Assembly: GCF_009834535.1 (NCBI RefSeq)
Contig: NC_045696.1
Coordinates: 98,954,001-99,018,000 of the forward strand
DNA length: 64,000 nucleotides
Origin: Camelus ferus
Taxonomy: Eukaryota
Direction: 5' to 3'
The notes under the pieces are model-generated. The model searched no databases. It saw only the letters and a program-made list of their open reading frames with translations, and had not been told where the DNA came from. This document shows positions 28,270 to 40,848 of this stretch, piece by piece (within the stretch, counting starts at the first letter, position 1; each line of letters begins with the position of its first letter). The translations under genes and the position numbers were made by a program.

Positions 28270-28470
28270 GGCTCTAATCACAATGTGGTGCTCACTATGG
28301 TCCATACTTTACATAAGTTAATTTAACCTATTTATCAAGCCTATAGTGTAGGTTTATTATGATCTCCATTTTATCTCTGAAGAAAAGGAGTAGAGAGAGT
28401 TTAAAGATTTTGTCTGAGCTCACATAGCTGGTAAATGAAAGACGCAGGAAATCTGGCCTCAGCCTTCAGG
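28270..28470 (-). mobile_element. MIR fragment
   Basis: TTATTATGATCTCCATTTTATC...GAAGAAA...GCTCACATAGCTGGTAAAT. Confidence 0.6.
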
Positions 28471-31400
28471 TTCTTTACCCCTCATCCCACATTGCCACTT
28501 ACTTCACTTACAACAGAAAGACAGGAGAGAAAGAGATACTGGTTTGGTTGGGGCCATGGGCAGGGTTGGTGGGGGAAGGAGGCAGGAAGAATGAAGGGAG
28601 GGTGGGGGACAGAGAAGGCAGAAAGAACATTTAGCTGGATGCAATCAAAATACCATTTAAGAGTCAAAAGAGGACACAAGTTAAAACTTCAGATTTGACT
28701 AATGGTCCCTGGAAATTAACAAAGACTTCTGAACAGTCTTGAAAAAGAATTTTGTTTTCATTTATTTTCTTCTACTTGGATATGTGTGCTTTGCTAACCC
28801 TTCCTTTTGTATCAGTTTTCCAGCCACCTGAAAATTTGTGCTGTCTCAGAAACAAAGGCTGAATCGTAATTCAGGTTATCAAAAAATGTTACTGTATTCC
28901 CAAAATGCATACATTACTTCTCCAGAGCCACGGTTATTTTGGAGGTTAACCACTTTCATAAAACAGGGGGAAAACTGTCTTGCTCCTAGTTAGCTGAACT
29001 TAGATTTAATGAAACTTAAGGAAAGGAAGTGTTTTATTCTTTTTTCTTGTGTTTCTTGAGTTGGGTCAAAATTGCTTCACAGTCTCATAGTTGTGATCTG
29101 CACAGGTTAGGAAATCTGAAATCCTTTTGCTTTGGAAAGTTTAGTAAGCACAGAAAATGGGAGGAAAAGATACGTTTGGTAAAGGATATTTCTATAAAGT
29201 TCCATGTAGACAGACTGAAGGGATGGGATTTGATAGACATGACTCCATACAATTACAGCTTTGGGCTGGAGGCACTTTACTCTCAAAGTCAAATAGGCGA
29301 ATATGGCCTCTCCGCTTTCCCTCCATTCTTCCGCAACGAATTTCTGTGTTACTGGAAGGTGACCATTTCAAGAAACACTATATTGAGTTGGAGGATAGTG
29401 AGAAATGTTGTGTAGCTGATATACTGTGAGAGGAGCAGCTTAACAGCAGCTTTCACTGATAATTCCTAGTTTTCCTGTAGGCTCATTAGTGCAAACAGTG
29501 TGGAATTGGTGAAACACTGTCCTAATCAGTACAGCTGTAGGTTAGGCATTAGACTTAGGGTTTCCAGAAATTGGACCCCTGATAGCTCTTAGAACGAGGG
29601 CCTATGTCTTATTTCACTATCCTAAACCACTGAAAAAAATAATAACCACAGCATGTCTAATTTCACTGTCACATAAGTATTTGGAGAAAAAAAATCTTTT
29701 AAAATCACTTTTGGATTTTCATTAATATGTTTTATAATCCCTTGAGAAATTTCTAGCAAAGCAGCCAATGAGAATGCAGTAATTACACAGCTTGGATTTT
29801 TATGAAGTTTGTTTTTGTGTGCTTTTTATTCAGGTATCTACAATATCACAGGGAAACCACTAATAATTTATGTTCTACTTTGTTAGATTTTGATACAAAT
29901 TATCCTGTACATCTCAGTTTTATTTGCTAGAACATGATTACAATTTTCCCCATTATTTGTGGACGAAGTAGAATTTCACGAGGCAACCCAGAGGTCACTT
30001 AATTCTACTTTGAAATAATGAAAATAACCTAAAAATAAAAATCAACCGCATATTCTGCAGTTACATGGAGTGTGAGAGTTTAAGTATTCTGGTGACAGCC
30101 CGTAACAAGAATACAAAGTGGCATCCCATTAATCAAGTCATCTGATACGTTGTAAAGGTGGAGTTGGTGGAAAACACAGATATTTCCACTATATTCTCAA
30201 GACAGTAATGTCTGCAGGTATTCTTCTGAAGCCTTCGTGCTGAGGACTCTTTTGTCCAAAGAATGTTAAGAAGGTCTCCTGTGAGCCTTTTTCATTAATC
30301 ACAAGCGTAGTCTACACGGGAGTTTCCCGAAAGGGGTGGAGGAGAGTCTTGTGTTGAGAGACCTTCAGAAACAGATGACAAGAGCACCCCCAGCCCGAGA
30401 CGGGGTCATGTAGAGTGGAAATATGAGCTCCTAACCCTTGACCCCTTTGCCTCTTTATTTCGATTCCTTGGACAATGCACGGCTGGCAGGCACAAGCAGT
30501 GGCCGGTTCTTCTGTCTTTTGTTAAGCTTGGGAAAAACTCAGGGCGCCTCACTGTGACTCCCACCTCAGGGCTTGCCTGGTTTTTAATTAGAAAGAATTA
30601 CAACTCACACCATATTTTTGCAAATCATGGTTTTGTAAATGACCTGAGCAATAACACATTTTTCAAATTTCCACAGTCGCGTGAACTTGTTACAAAGCAC
30701 TTTTATTTTACAAATGGGATTTTTTGGGTAGATTTCCTCAGATATTTAAAATTTAGCTGTTTTGTCCCCCTGGAGTTAATGCCCTAATCACTTTGTGAAG
30801 TGATTTCACAACTGTTAGTAATCCCAGATTGTAGAACGAAGGCAGGGTACTACATCTCTGGAGGAGAAAGATTAGCATTATCCATATTATATTTTTACAA
30901 TCTTGGAGACATAACCAAAAAAATTTATAATGATTTCTCCTAGAACGCCGATTCAAATACGAATCTATCGTCAAAAAATTTAAATAAATCTTTTTTCTAA
31001 AAACAGACATTATTCTAATTTAATGCTAAAATAATCTGGTCTCTTTACATTTGATAGATTCTGAGATTCTAAAAGCTTGTGTGTATTTGTTGCTCCGATC
31101 AAGTAAGTTGCCATGGGCTTTGTCCAAAGAAAATGAAAAATGTAAGATACAAAGAAGCTGTGGAGTAAATGTCACATGGTTTTGGTTCCAACAATTCAAA
31201 GAAGAATAAGCTGAGAGTTAATAGTCAACTAACATTTTGGTACATAATAGCAGAAAAAACTCCAGATTTTCTATTTTTTCCTTCCTACGGAACTATTTAT
31301 CCCTCTTTCTTTTTTTATCTTCCTCTACCTCTTCCTCTTGTTCCCACATAAATAAAAATAATGAACTCAATTTACCTTTTTCAGTTAGAATTATCTATTG

Positions 31401-32734
31401 GTTAGTATTTACAACCTGTAATTTGCCGAAACTTAAAAAAAGGGGGGGGGGGGTTGGTTGTGGCTATTCTGGAGCTGGGGCAAGCAAATCTAGTGTCAAA
31501 AGCAGTCAAAGTAGTTCCCTTTGTTCAGTTTCAGCTCAGGTTCAGACACAAGCACCTAAGTTGACTATTTTAATTAGGAGGTTGAAATTTTAATTATTAC
31601 CTTAGCATTTAATAAGACTTTAAGATAGACTTCACAGTAGTGTTGTTTTTTAGGCTACTGCAAAAATGCTAAATCATGGCTTCCTCAGCTGGATCTAGAC
31701 CCCCCAAAATTAATTAAATTTGATACTTTCTTCCCTTTGGGAAGCACGACTCCTTGTCCCAGCTTCCTGGAAGAATGCTTTATGCAATTTACTCAGTCAT
31801 GGGAAACAAACCATGTCTATCAAAATATTTTTAAATGTGCCATGCTATTTTTCACCTCAGTTAGATACTTTTAAAAAATGTAAAAAACCTGGTTTGGGGA
31901 AGTTGATTATGATGCCTGAAGGCAGTTAGAAACATGGATCCAGAAACAGAACCAAAATTAGGAGAATGGACGTAGAGATTTTATAGAGAAAAAACAAAAG
32001 ATGCTGAGATACATGATCATAACTAGTATCCCTTTATTTTTTGAGATACCACAGTATTAAAGATAAATCATTTTTCCTAGTACTGTAGTACCTTTAATTT
32101 TAAAATATGTTCTCTAAATTAATATGCTACTTCCCTAATTAGAATCTAAAAGTATTCATAAATTCAGAGGCTTTTCTTTGATGTCAATAGCAACAATCCA
32201 GATTTTTTAAAAGGTCCATTTTCCAGTTAAATAAGTTGAGTTAGAAATTGACTTCTATCTTATCTGTGCTTTTTATCCCATCTCTTACCTTTCATTAGAG
32301 CTCTCACTCTCTCAGTTGTTACTTCTTTTCCATTTTTCTTCAATTCTTTCTCCTCCCTCTCACTGGCCAAAGATAGGTCCCCATCACCATTTAAAAATGC
32401 TTGCACCTCTCCAATTTAAAATCAAACAAATAACAAAAATTCCCAACAATTTATTTTCTCACTCGAACTTCTACCATACTTCTCTCCTTTCCTTTACAGC
32501 TAAAATTCTAGACTTTGGTATCTATTTTTCCATACACCACTTCATTTGCACCCATGACAAGTAGGCTTCTGTCTCTATTAAGCTGTAGAAACCAGCATCA
32601 CTATAAACTCCTTGCTGCTAAATCTAACTTAAATCCCAAACCTTACTTACTTCTTCAGCATTTGACCCTGCCAACCACTTCCTTTCCTCTGGACTTTTCT
32701 AACAACACAGTCTCCTAAGCTTTCTCCTTCTCCT

Positions 32735-33457
32735 TTTTTTAAACTTCATATTTTGAAATTTTCCCAAAAAACAAAAGTTGCAAGAATAGCACAAATCATT
32801 CCCCTTACCCAGATTCAACTATTTGTAATATTTTTCCACTTTTGTACTCTTTTTTTCTTGATAGATGATAGATATATAGACAGAAAAGATATGCTCAGTT
32901 TTTTCCTGAGTCTTCTCAGCATAAGTTACATAATTCACTTCTTTTTACCCCATGTCATTTCTATAAATATTCCCTAAAAATAAGAATTTTCTCTTACATA
33001 TTCACAGTATAATTATCAAATTCAAGAAATTTAATATTGATATAAAAGTTTTATCTAATGTAGTCCACTTTCCTGATGGCTTTTGCAGCCTTTTTGGTAC
33101 AGAATTTCTTGATGAGTTGCACAATGCATTTACATGTTTCTTTGAGTCTACTTAATCCTGAGTGTTCCTTAGTCTTTCTTTGACTTTCAAGTCATTGACA
33201 TTTTTAAAGAACATAGGCCAATTGTTTTATAGAATGCTTTTTACCCTGAGCTCTCTTGTGTTTTTTCCAATATTAAATTCAACTTTTAAATGTTTGGGGC
33301 TGGAATACTGCATAAAGAATGTGATATGCTTTTCAGAGTATCAAATCTGATGGATCATGATGCTCATGTGATCTTTGTTAGTGATAAATTAATATAGATC
33401 GCTTGGTTAACTGTACTCAATATTTCCACCATATGTTTACTATTTCTCCTTTTGTAA
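32735..33457 (-). mobile_element. Old L1M (L1MB/MC-like) 3' fragment, left part; host of the ERV and MER82
   Basis: Antisense L1 3'UTR-like sequence starting at a T-run. Its reading continues seamlessly (...CCTTTTGTAAT|TA|ATAAGC...) after 39900. Confidence 0.7.
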
Positions 33458-33782
33458 TATTAAAAAAAAAAAAAAACAGAAACCTCAATTAAATAGAGTT
33501 GGCAGATCAGAAGGGAAACCTCTCACACCCTGCAATGGTAGCAGAGCCCAAAGGGAAAATAAAGATTTTTTTCCTGACAAAGACTCAGCCAATGAAAAGC
33601 TATAGACTCTTTATTTACTCTTTATTTTCCCTCCTGTTAAAGTGTTCTCCTTCCTGTGCCATGCAGAAACGTGTATGTGGCTTGCCATGGTTACAGACTC
33701 CAAATTGCAATTTCCTGGTGATCCTATCTAAATCCATCTTTGCTAGAGAAATATCTGGTAGTCTATTTGTTTCAGGTCAACA
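33458..33782 (+). mobile_element. 5' LTR of the ERV1 provirus
   Basis: Starts TAT (inferred decayed TGT) after GTAA and ends ...GGTCAACA. Aligns with 38927-39238 (22 mismatches in the last 98 bp, counted by eye). Confidence 0.9.
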
Positions 33783-33785
33783 TTT

Positions 33786-33804
33786 TGGTGGCTCATACAG
33801 GATC
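33786..33804 (+). promoter_or_regulatory. Primer-binding site, tRNA-Ile(AAU)-like
   Basis: TGGTGGCTCATACAGGATC lies 3 nt after the 5' LTR. It matches the complement of the tRNA-Ile 3' end (TGGTGGCCCGTACGGGGATC), and most differences are CpG-type transitions. Confidence 0.7.
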
Positions 33805-34328
33805 AGAGAAGACCCCCCAAAGGCTCTGGGACTGGTGAAAAAGATGTGGTGCCCACAATTGAGCCCATTGTCATCCACTGCTTTATCACTGACCCTGAAG
33901 TTTGAAGGTACATCTTATCCTGGATCTGAGCTCATGCACTTTTTGTATTCAAAGCTCTCCAGGTTTTATTTGGAATCTATTTTAAGGATCTGTCTTTCTG
34001 GTTAAGGTTTTGTTCTATAGTCAAGTACTCACTTGGAACTTTGGTCTGATTTTGAGATCAGACTCTTTCAACCAAAGCTGGCTGAAAATGCCTTCAGACC
34101 ATTCCTTTAGGAACAAGGGCTTCTTCACTAAAACTGTGCCAGTTTTTCAGCCTACAGCCTATTCCTATGGAAGGAGTTATTCTCTGGAAATTGTCTGAAA
34201 ATGTCTTTGGCCTGGCTTCTCTGGGACCAAGATGTTTCTTTAGAATTAGCTGGTGTTTAAGTTTGCAAGATGTTTGAAATGAGCTCTTTGAAAATTGTTC
34301 TTTTACTCTAAAGAAAAAATTCTGAGAA

Positions 34329-35035
34329 ATGAGATCTCAGTTATCTAAATTTTTTGAGGGTGCACCCCCAACAGGGACTCCAACTGAGTTACATTTAAAC
34401 CCTTGGTTCTTCCTCAATGCTCATTTCTAACTAAATGGACCTACCTGACATACATAATTCAGAGTATCATTGCCCATTGGAATGAAAATCACTAATTGGG
34501 AAAACCCTGAAAGTTCTCTAGAATTACAACTGCGAGTTCAGCCTACTAACTTATTATATGGCCTGGCTCAAGCAATTGCTAAGTGATTTCACAGAGCAAT
34601 TCCTAGAGCTTTTCCAAAGCCTGTTGAGTGGAACAAAATTTAGGCTTGCACACAAAAATTGATAAACCTGTTCATGAATATTACAACTGACTTCAGATCT
34701 TTTTAAAGAAAATTTTTGGTTTTCCTTCAGATCTTGATTCTATCCAGGTAGTTTTTAACTCTGTTTATTAATGAGCTAAACTGGGATGGAATGGGAAACT
34801 GCATCCACTTCTGCATCTCTCATACTCCCAATGAGTCATCTCAAAGGAAGACCATTAGAGTTCTTAATCTTCAACTCCAGTAAATAAAGGCTCCTAAACA
34901 AAACCAAAACGTTCCTAGTTTCTGCTATTATTGCAAAGAGCCAGGACATTGGGAAAGAGATTGTTGCAAATTAAAGTGCTTTAAGCATTTCACCCCTCTA
35001 ACCAGCCTTTCCAAAATCCTCTCTAATCTCAATGA
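34329..35035 (+). pseudogene. gag: ERV gag remnant (internally deleted, with stops and frameshifts)
   Basis: MA-like start M(R)SQLSK...PPTGTP at 34329. Capsid/MHR-like AIPRAFPKPV..W..I.ACTQK..PVHEYYN at ~34600-34690. Intact CCHC knuckle CYYCKEPGHWERDC at 34923-34964. TGA at 35033 is the probable gag-pro junction. Confidence 0.88.
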
Positions 35036-35420
35036 CATGTCTCCAAGGAACTACAGGGGTCTTCCCAGCCCTTCCTCTTAATTGGCTCGGAGAAATACTT
35101 CTCCAGATTGGGGATGAATCTCTCCCAGTCCTAACTGACACCTGAGCCACACTCTTGGTGCTCAATCCCACTGCTATAAAACAGCCCTTGCCTCAGAGTA
35201 CTGAAGCACTTCAAATAGTGGAGACCTGTAATGAACCTCAAGAGGTTCCTGTCTCTGATCCTATTCCCTTGTGTCCCTGACCTTTGGGAGATACACACCC
35301 TTTCCTCTTTAGTTCCTCTGCCCCTACGCATTTATTAGGCTGAGATTTCCTAGAGCGGTATCTCGCCAGAATTTCTTTCTCCTGAAAGAAGGAAATAGTT
35401 CTAGAATCTGACAGTAATCA
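35036..35420 (+). pseudogene. pro: ERV aspartic protease remnant
   Basis: VLTDT*ATLLVLNP at 35128-35169 is the DTGA active site with GGA>TGA. A HLLG*DFL-like motif (usually LLGRD) lies at ~35329-35352. Confidence 0.85.
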
Positions 35421-35499
35421 AACAAACCCACCAGATGAATTAAATGACCCTTTGACATCTTTTATTTGTTAAATCTCTGATGGTACTATAGCTGATTCT

Positions 35500-38400
35500 G
35501 GGAACACTAATCATTTATCACTATTGAATCAACTGCTGCCGTCCTTGTGGACAAAATCTCCAACTGATGTTGGCAAAATTCACAGTGCACCTCCCATCAA
35601 GATTCAAATAGATCCCTCAAAAAATCTCTTTCCAGAATTAATCAATACTGTATAAGTGAAGAAGCCCTTCAAGGCATAAAGCCCATAGTAGAAGATTAGA
35701 AGGCTCCAAGTTTCATTATTCATTGTCCTAGCCCTTGTAAGTTTCCCATTTTATCAGTGAGAAAACCTAAGGGCTCAGGTGGAGGTTCGTCCAGGACCTC
35801 CAAGCAATAAATTATACTGTTATCCCTTGAGACCCTATTGTCTGTTGTTTCTCACCTTCACACATTACTAACACAAATTCTCACTGGAAGGAAATTCTTT
35901 ACAGTGGTTGATTTATGCAGTGCATTCTTTAGCATTTTAGCATTGATGAAGATAGCCAGTATCTTTTTGTCTTCACTTGGGGAAAAAAACAGTGCCCTTG
36001 CATAGCACTGTCTCAGGATTTTACTGAGGGTCCTTCCTATTTCTCTCAAATCCTGAAGGCTGATCTGGACGATGAAAAGTTCCTTAGAGTTTCTACTTTA
36101 TTGACTATGAGAATGATTTCCTTCTTTGCTCTCCTTTTCAAGCATCTTCACAGGAAGACAGCATCCACTTGCTCAAGCTTTTAGCCTTAAAGGGACATAA
36201 GATTTCCAAAGAAACACTTGCAGTTTGCCCAAGCCCAGGTTGAATCTTTAGGGCATCTAATATCGAAACAAGATTACATCTAAACCCAGATAGACTTCAT
36301 GGAAGTCTAAGTTTCCCAAAGTCCAAAATTAAGTGCCAGCTCTAAGGTTTTCTCAGGCTAGTTTGGTATTGCCAAAATCGGACTCTAAATTTCTCTCTCA
36401 TGGCCAAACCTCTGTATGTTTTATTAAACAATAACATCCCTGACTCAATTTTATGGGAAGGACCAGATGACATTATCCCCAAGAACTTAAAGGAGAGTTT
36501 GATGAACCCTCCTGCCATTGGGCATTCCAATGATCAGATTCCCTTTTCCTTTTTGTGTATGAAAAGGGAAGGGATGCCCTTGGGGTACTCACCTCAAATC
36601 ATGGGGACCCCAATCAACCTGTAGGCTACTAGACCCAGCAACTGGACCCTGTGGCACAGGAATACTCCCTCTACTTTAGAGCCATTGTGGCCACTGCCTT
36701 TTTGGTTACGACCACTGAGAAAATTGTTGAGGGACACCCCCCCCCCTTTATTTTTGTACCTCATTCAGCTGTCTCACCTCCTTTGAAGTCCTTTTATTAG
36801 CTGCTTCCCACAGAACTCTTTTATATTGTAATAACAAACCAGCTACTCTTCTCCCCTCTGTCACTGATTAAGTCCCTCACGACTGCTTCTAGCTGACAGG
36901 CCACCATCTGACTCCTCATGATGACCTAGGGGAAGCTCCTGTCAGCAACGCTGACTTTTCATGTTTCACTGATGGTTCTTATTTAAAGATGACAATGGCA
37001 AATACTGTGCTGGGTCTGCTTTTGCTAATACTTTTGCTGTTGTTGAGGCCACTTCTTTACCTATGACTACTTCAGCCCAGTAGGCTGACTCATTTAGCCT
37101 TACACAGGCTGATACCTTAGCCAAGGACAAAACTGTCAAGTAATTATACTGATGGTAAATACGCTTTCTGAGTAGCTCTTGATTTTGGAATGTTGTAGAA
37201 GCAACATGGCTTCTTTACTTCCAGTGGAGATAAAACTTTAAATGGCCCCTATGTTCAGGAACAATTGGGTTCACTATTTTTACCTGTCCCTTTAGCTATT
37301 ATTTAGATTCCAGGGCATTCTAAACTTGACTCTTTGGAAGCTGAAAGAAATCACCTTCCTGACATTTCCACAAGCAATCCTGCCTTTAAAGGATCCAACA
37401 GCAGCCAAACCTCTGTTATAGTCCAAAGGGATATTTCCACAAATGATCACTTAGAGAAGCCCAACATTTAGCCTCAGAAAAGGAAAAACAAGAGTGCAAA
37501 TTCAGCAGTTGTTGGTTTGATAAAAAAGAGAACACTCTGGGTTGGGCCAAATAACAACTCAGTCCTACCAGAGACTCAAAAATCCCTACTCCTCACCTCT
37601 GTACATGCACTAAACCATCGGCCTACTGACAAAATGGTAGCCTTCATGAAACTGTATTGGTGGAGAAACACTACCTAGGCTAGAAAAGGTGCCTACTTCA
37701 TTGTCTCACTTATTTAAAATACAATCCAGAGAAGCCTGTCCACACTGCTCTCAGACACTTGATACTGCCTAGCGGACCACTGGAGGTCGGACAAACGGGT
37801 TTCATACAACTTCCTCCATCTCATGAATAGAAATATGTTTTAGTCATGGTCTGTGTATTTTCACACTGGACTGAAGACCTCCCTTGCAGGTAGGCTACTG
37901 CCTCTCCTGTAGCTAAAGTCCTTTTGGAAAAGATTATCCCACGAGGGGAACTTGTCTCAAACTTAAACTTTATTGGCCAGGTACTCCCACAGGTCTGTGC
38001 TATTTGGCTAATTTTACAGCATTGTCTCTGAGCTTACCACCCTCAATCCTCTGATCTGGTTGAAGATGCTAAAGGCATTATTAAGACTCAATTGGTAAAA
38101 TTTGTAGAGATCATCTAAATACCTTGGCCCAAGCATTGCTGTTTTGGTCCTCCTAAATCCCAGCTCTGCCCTTTGTGGAACTCAGAAACTGTCACCCTTG
38201 ATGTGGTCATAAGTTTGCTCAATGCACTTGTCTCCTTTTGACCTACAACTGATAAAGGAGAGATGCTCCAATATTCCAAAAGCCTAACTGCTTGTATCAA
38301 AAAGTCATCATGTTTTGGTAGAGTAATTCTTTCCACAATGTGCTTTCAGGAGATGAAGACCTTAAGCAACATACCTTGCAAACTGGAGATTTTATCTATT

Positions 38401-38600
38401 GGGAAAGAAGAACCTCCAGAAGAACTCTCTTCAGACTTGCTGAAGAGCTCCCTGTCAGTCACTGATAACCAACCCATGTGCCACCAGACTCCAAGGAAGA
38501 GACTTTTGGACTCACATGACACACCCGAAGAAAATGCAGAAACTGACTGGAACTGAACATCATCTGATGACCTGAAAGTAATGATTTCCCAGAATTGAGA
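35500..38600 (+). pseudogene. pol: ERV pol remnant: reverse transcriptase, RNase H, integrase
   Basis: RT: WRFVQDLQAIN (35780-35812), FFTVVDLCSAFFSI (35895-35936), SQYLFVFTW, and degraded YxDD as YEND (36106-36117). RNase H: FTDGSYLK (36965-36988) and YTDGKYAF. IN: KYVLVMVCVFSHWTEDLPC (37831-37887) and AYHPQSSDLVE (38032-38064). Many stops and frameshifts. Confidence 0.93.
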
Positions 38601-38926
38601 CAGATAACACCTAATAACAGCTTTCCTGAGATATCTGGAGCTGGTCTGTTGAAACTTTTTGGCCAAACCTTTAAATAACATAAAGCCAATGTCTATGATC
38701 TTGGTAACATACAGAGTTTGGATAAAAAGTTCCTGAGCATTCTCTGTCCTACCCCTCCCCGTTACTCAAATGTAACCTCAAATAGGTTTCCAATTTGTGT
38801 CCTTTCCCTTCAGCATGAGGCATTACACTTAGGAAAGTTCCTTCTTGGCACTGAGAGACAAAACTAGAAAACCTGACTCTTGATCAGCAATGCTTTCAGA
38901 GAAAGATCTTGATCAAAATGGGGAGA

Positions 38927-39238
38927 TGTAAAAAATTCATAAACAAAAATCTCAATTAGGGTCAGTTGACCAGAGGGGAACAATAGCATAGCCCAGCAGC
39001 ACATGAAAGATGACTCTTTTCTGAAGATTCAGCTCATGAAAAGCCATGGGCTCTTTGTTTACCATAGCTCTCCCAACTTCCCTCTCCCCCCATAAAAGTG
39101 CTCTCCTTCTCTCTCCCTGTGGGGACTTGCACTTGGCTCCCCATGGTTGTAGACCATGAATTATAATTCTTTGCTGATCCCAAATAAACCCTTCTTTGCT
39201 GGAGAGATACCTGGCAGTTTATTTGTTTCAGGTCAACA
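38927..39238 (+). mobile_element. 3' LTR of the ERV1 provirus, preceded by polypurine tract
   Basis: Purine tract AAAATGGGGAGA (38915-38926), then TGTAAA...AATAAA...GGTCAACA, then the GTAA TSD. Confidence 0.92.
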
Positions 39239-39245
39239 GTAATTA

Positions 39246-39900
39246 TAGTCAAATGTCATTATTCACAGTAGTTATGTTCTATTAAGTTGCTGCAAACACT
39301 GAATGAGCAGATACTAAGCGTTGCTCCCAGAGGAAGTCCTGGATTAGGTTCCTGTGAACCTCTAGTCACATCATGTTTATCAACCAATCAATATCTAATC
39401 TTGCTTTTATGTGGGGTTTGTTTTTGTTTGTTTAAAGACATCTAATTTTACATGTCAACTCATTAATCTTAAACTTATAGCCAACATTATTGTAACTCAT
39501 GCCTGAAAAAGCTTATCTAACACATAATTTTTTTCCATAAGGCACATCACCAAGTTCTCACACTTTGGAACACTGGAAAGGACATCATTGCTATGCTTTG
39601 AAACTATTTGAAACGGCAAAAATCCAACAAACATCAAATCAACCAACAAAAAGCACAAACACCCAAACACCTGACACTAAATATACCTTGAAAGAGGTGC
39701 TTGTTTACAGTAAGAGAGCTGACATAAGAGGGCAGAGCACTGCCTTGCCTGACCCCTGCTGAGAACACGCACACTGAGTGGCTCAGGTTTTTCACCCCTC
39801 TGTGCATATCCACAAATGACTGAGAATTTGGGGTACAAATGGATTTTTAGTTGACAGTTGAATTTGAAAATATGAAATTCATGAATAATGAGGATTGATG
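39246..39900 (+). mobile_element. MER82-like TcMar-Tigger non-autonomous DNA transposon
   Basis: Starts (c/t)AGTCAAATGTCATTATTCACAGTAGTTATGTTCTA and ends GAATAATGAGGATTGATG (inverted termini). TA on both sides (39244-39245, 39901-39902). Confidence 0.85.
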
Positions 39901-40096
39901 TAATAAGCAATTTCTGGGAAGATACTTAATATTATGTAAATATTCTGAACTTCATTTAACCTCCTTTCCACCCCAGATTTATCATCCATTTATTCTTTTC
40001 TTAATCATTTTTTTACAATGATGGTTGCAAAATGGTGATTCTGTCATTCTTTCTATATTTATCAGTCAGCACTTCACTGAAAGAATGTTCCCCTTC

Positions 40097-40136
<40 letters not shown>

Positions 40137-40350
40137 GTTATTATCAACAGAGATTATTATTATCAATTTTATTTAATGACTTTCAATACATTACTAATGT
40201 TTGAGCCTATGGCTGTCCTTTCATGTTGATTCCTGAATCCTTGTGGCATTTTACATTTTTAGGTACTTATTTCTAGTGACGCATCTTGACTCTTCCCTCA
40301 CCTCCTCTGACTTGGAATCAGCCATCTTTCCATGGGACGCTGGCTTATTT
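39901..40350 (-). mobile_element. Old L1M fragment, right part
   Basis: Continuation of the L1 interrupted at 33457; contains typical ...GGAATCAGCCATCTTTCCA... Confidence 0.65.
40097..40136. repeat. (TCTA)10 microsatellite
   Basis: Read directly. Confidence 0.95.
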
Positions 40351-40848
40351 CAGTGGGGAGAGCTGCCTCTCACCTCCTATCCTTGATGCTCTTTCTCAAT
40401 CTCTTTCTAGTCTAGTCTTCTTCTGCCAGCCCTTGTAGTCAGGAGCCTTTAAGTCTCTGCTTTCGGTCTCTTCTCTTTTTATCTAAGTCATCTCATCACT
40501 TTCATGACTGCATCTCTCTCTTGAGCATCAGAGCTTCCCATGCAATTTCAAAGGGACTTTTGCTGCCCTGGTTACATTCGGATTTAGTATAGTTAGTTCC
40601 TGAAACATCATAGATACTCAATTAACAAATACTTTTATGACAGTGGGATAGCCATTCAGTCACCTCAAATTGTGTCTTACTCTGTGTATCCTCTACTTTT
40701 GGCAGATATTATCTAGCCTTCAGTATATATGACTTTATGTAATAATGTATCATGTCAGAATGGGTTCCTACTGTGATCCCTTTCTTATTTCTAGAATTAT
40801 TTTTACTAGAAAATTTTAACATTGATTTTTCTCATCAACATCAACAAA

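Larger units (their letters stand above)
33458..39238 (+). mobile_element. Decayed class I (ERV1, gamma-like) endogenous retrovirus: LTR-gag-pro-pol-LTR, no env
   Basis: Two similar direct LTRs both end TATTTGTTTCAGGTCAACA. GTAA flanks both ends (33454-33457, 39239-39242). A PBS follows the 5' LTR and a purine tract precedes the 3' LTR. Gag, PR, RT, RNase H and IN motifs lie between them in order. Confidence 0.95.

Noticed and set aside
28054..28305. ORFs with poly-Glu or poly-Leu (signal-peptide-like)
   Set aside because: Translation of (GGA)13 within L2-like sequence.
33499..34005. Longest ORF (168 aa)
   Set aside because: Runs through the 5' LTR, PBS and leader of the ERV and starts at a non-ATG codon; no protein motif.
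38600..38926. env/syncytin-like gene
   Set aside because: Only ~330 bp between IN and the 3' LTR; no ORF, furin site, immunosuppressive domain or CX6CC seen.
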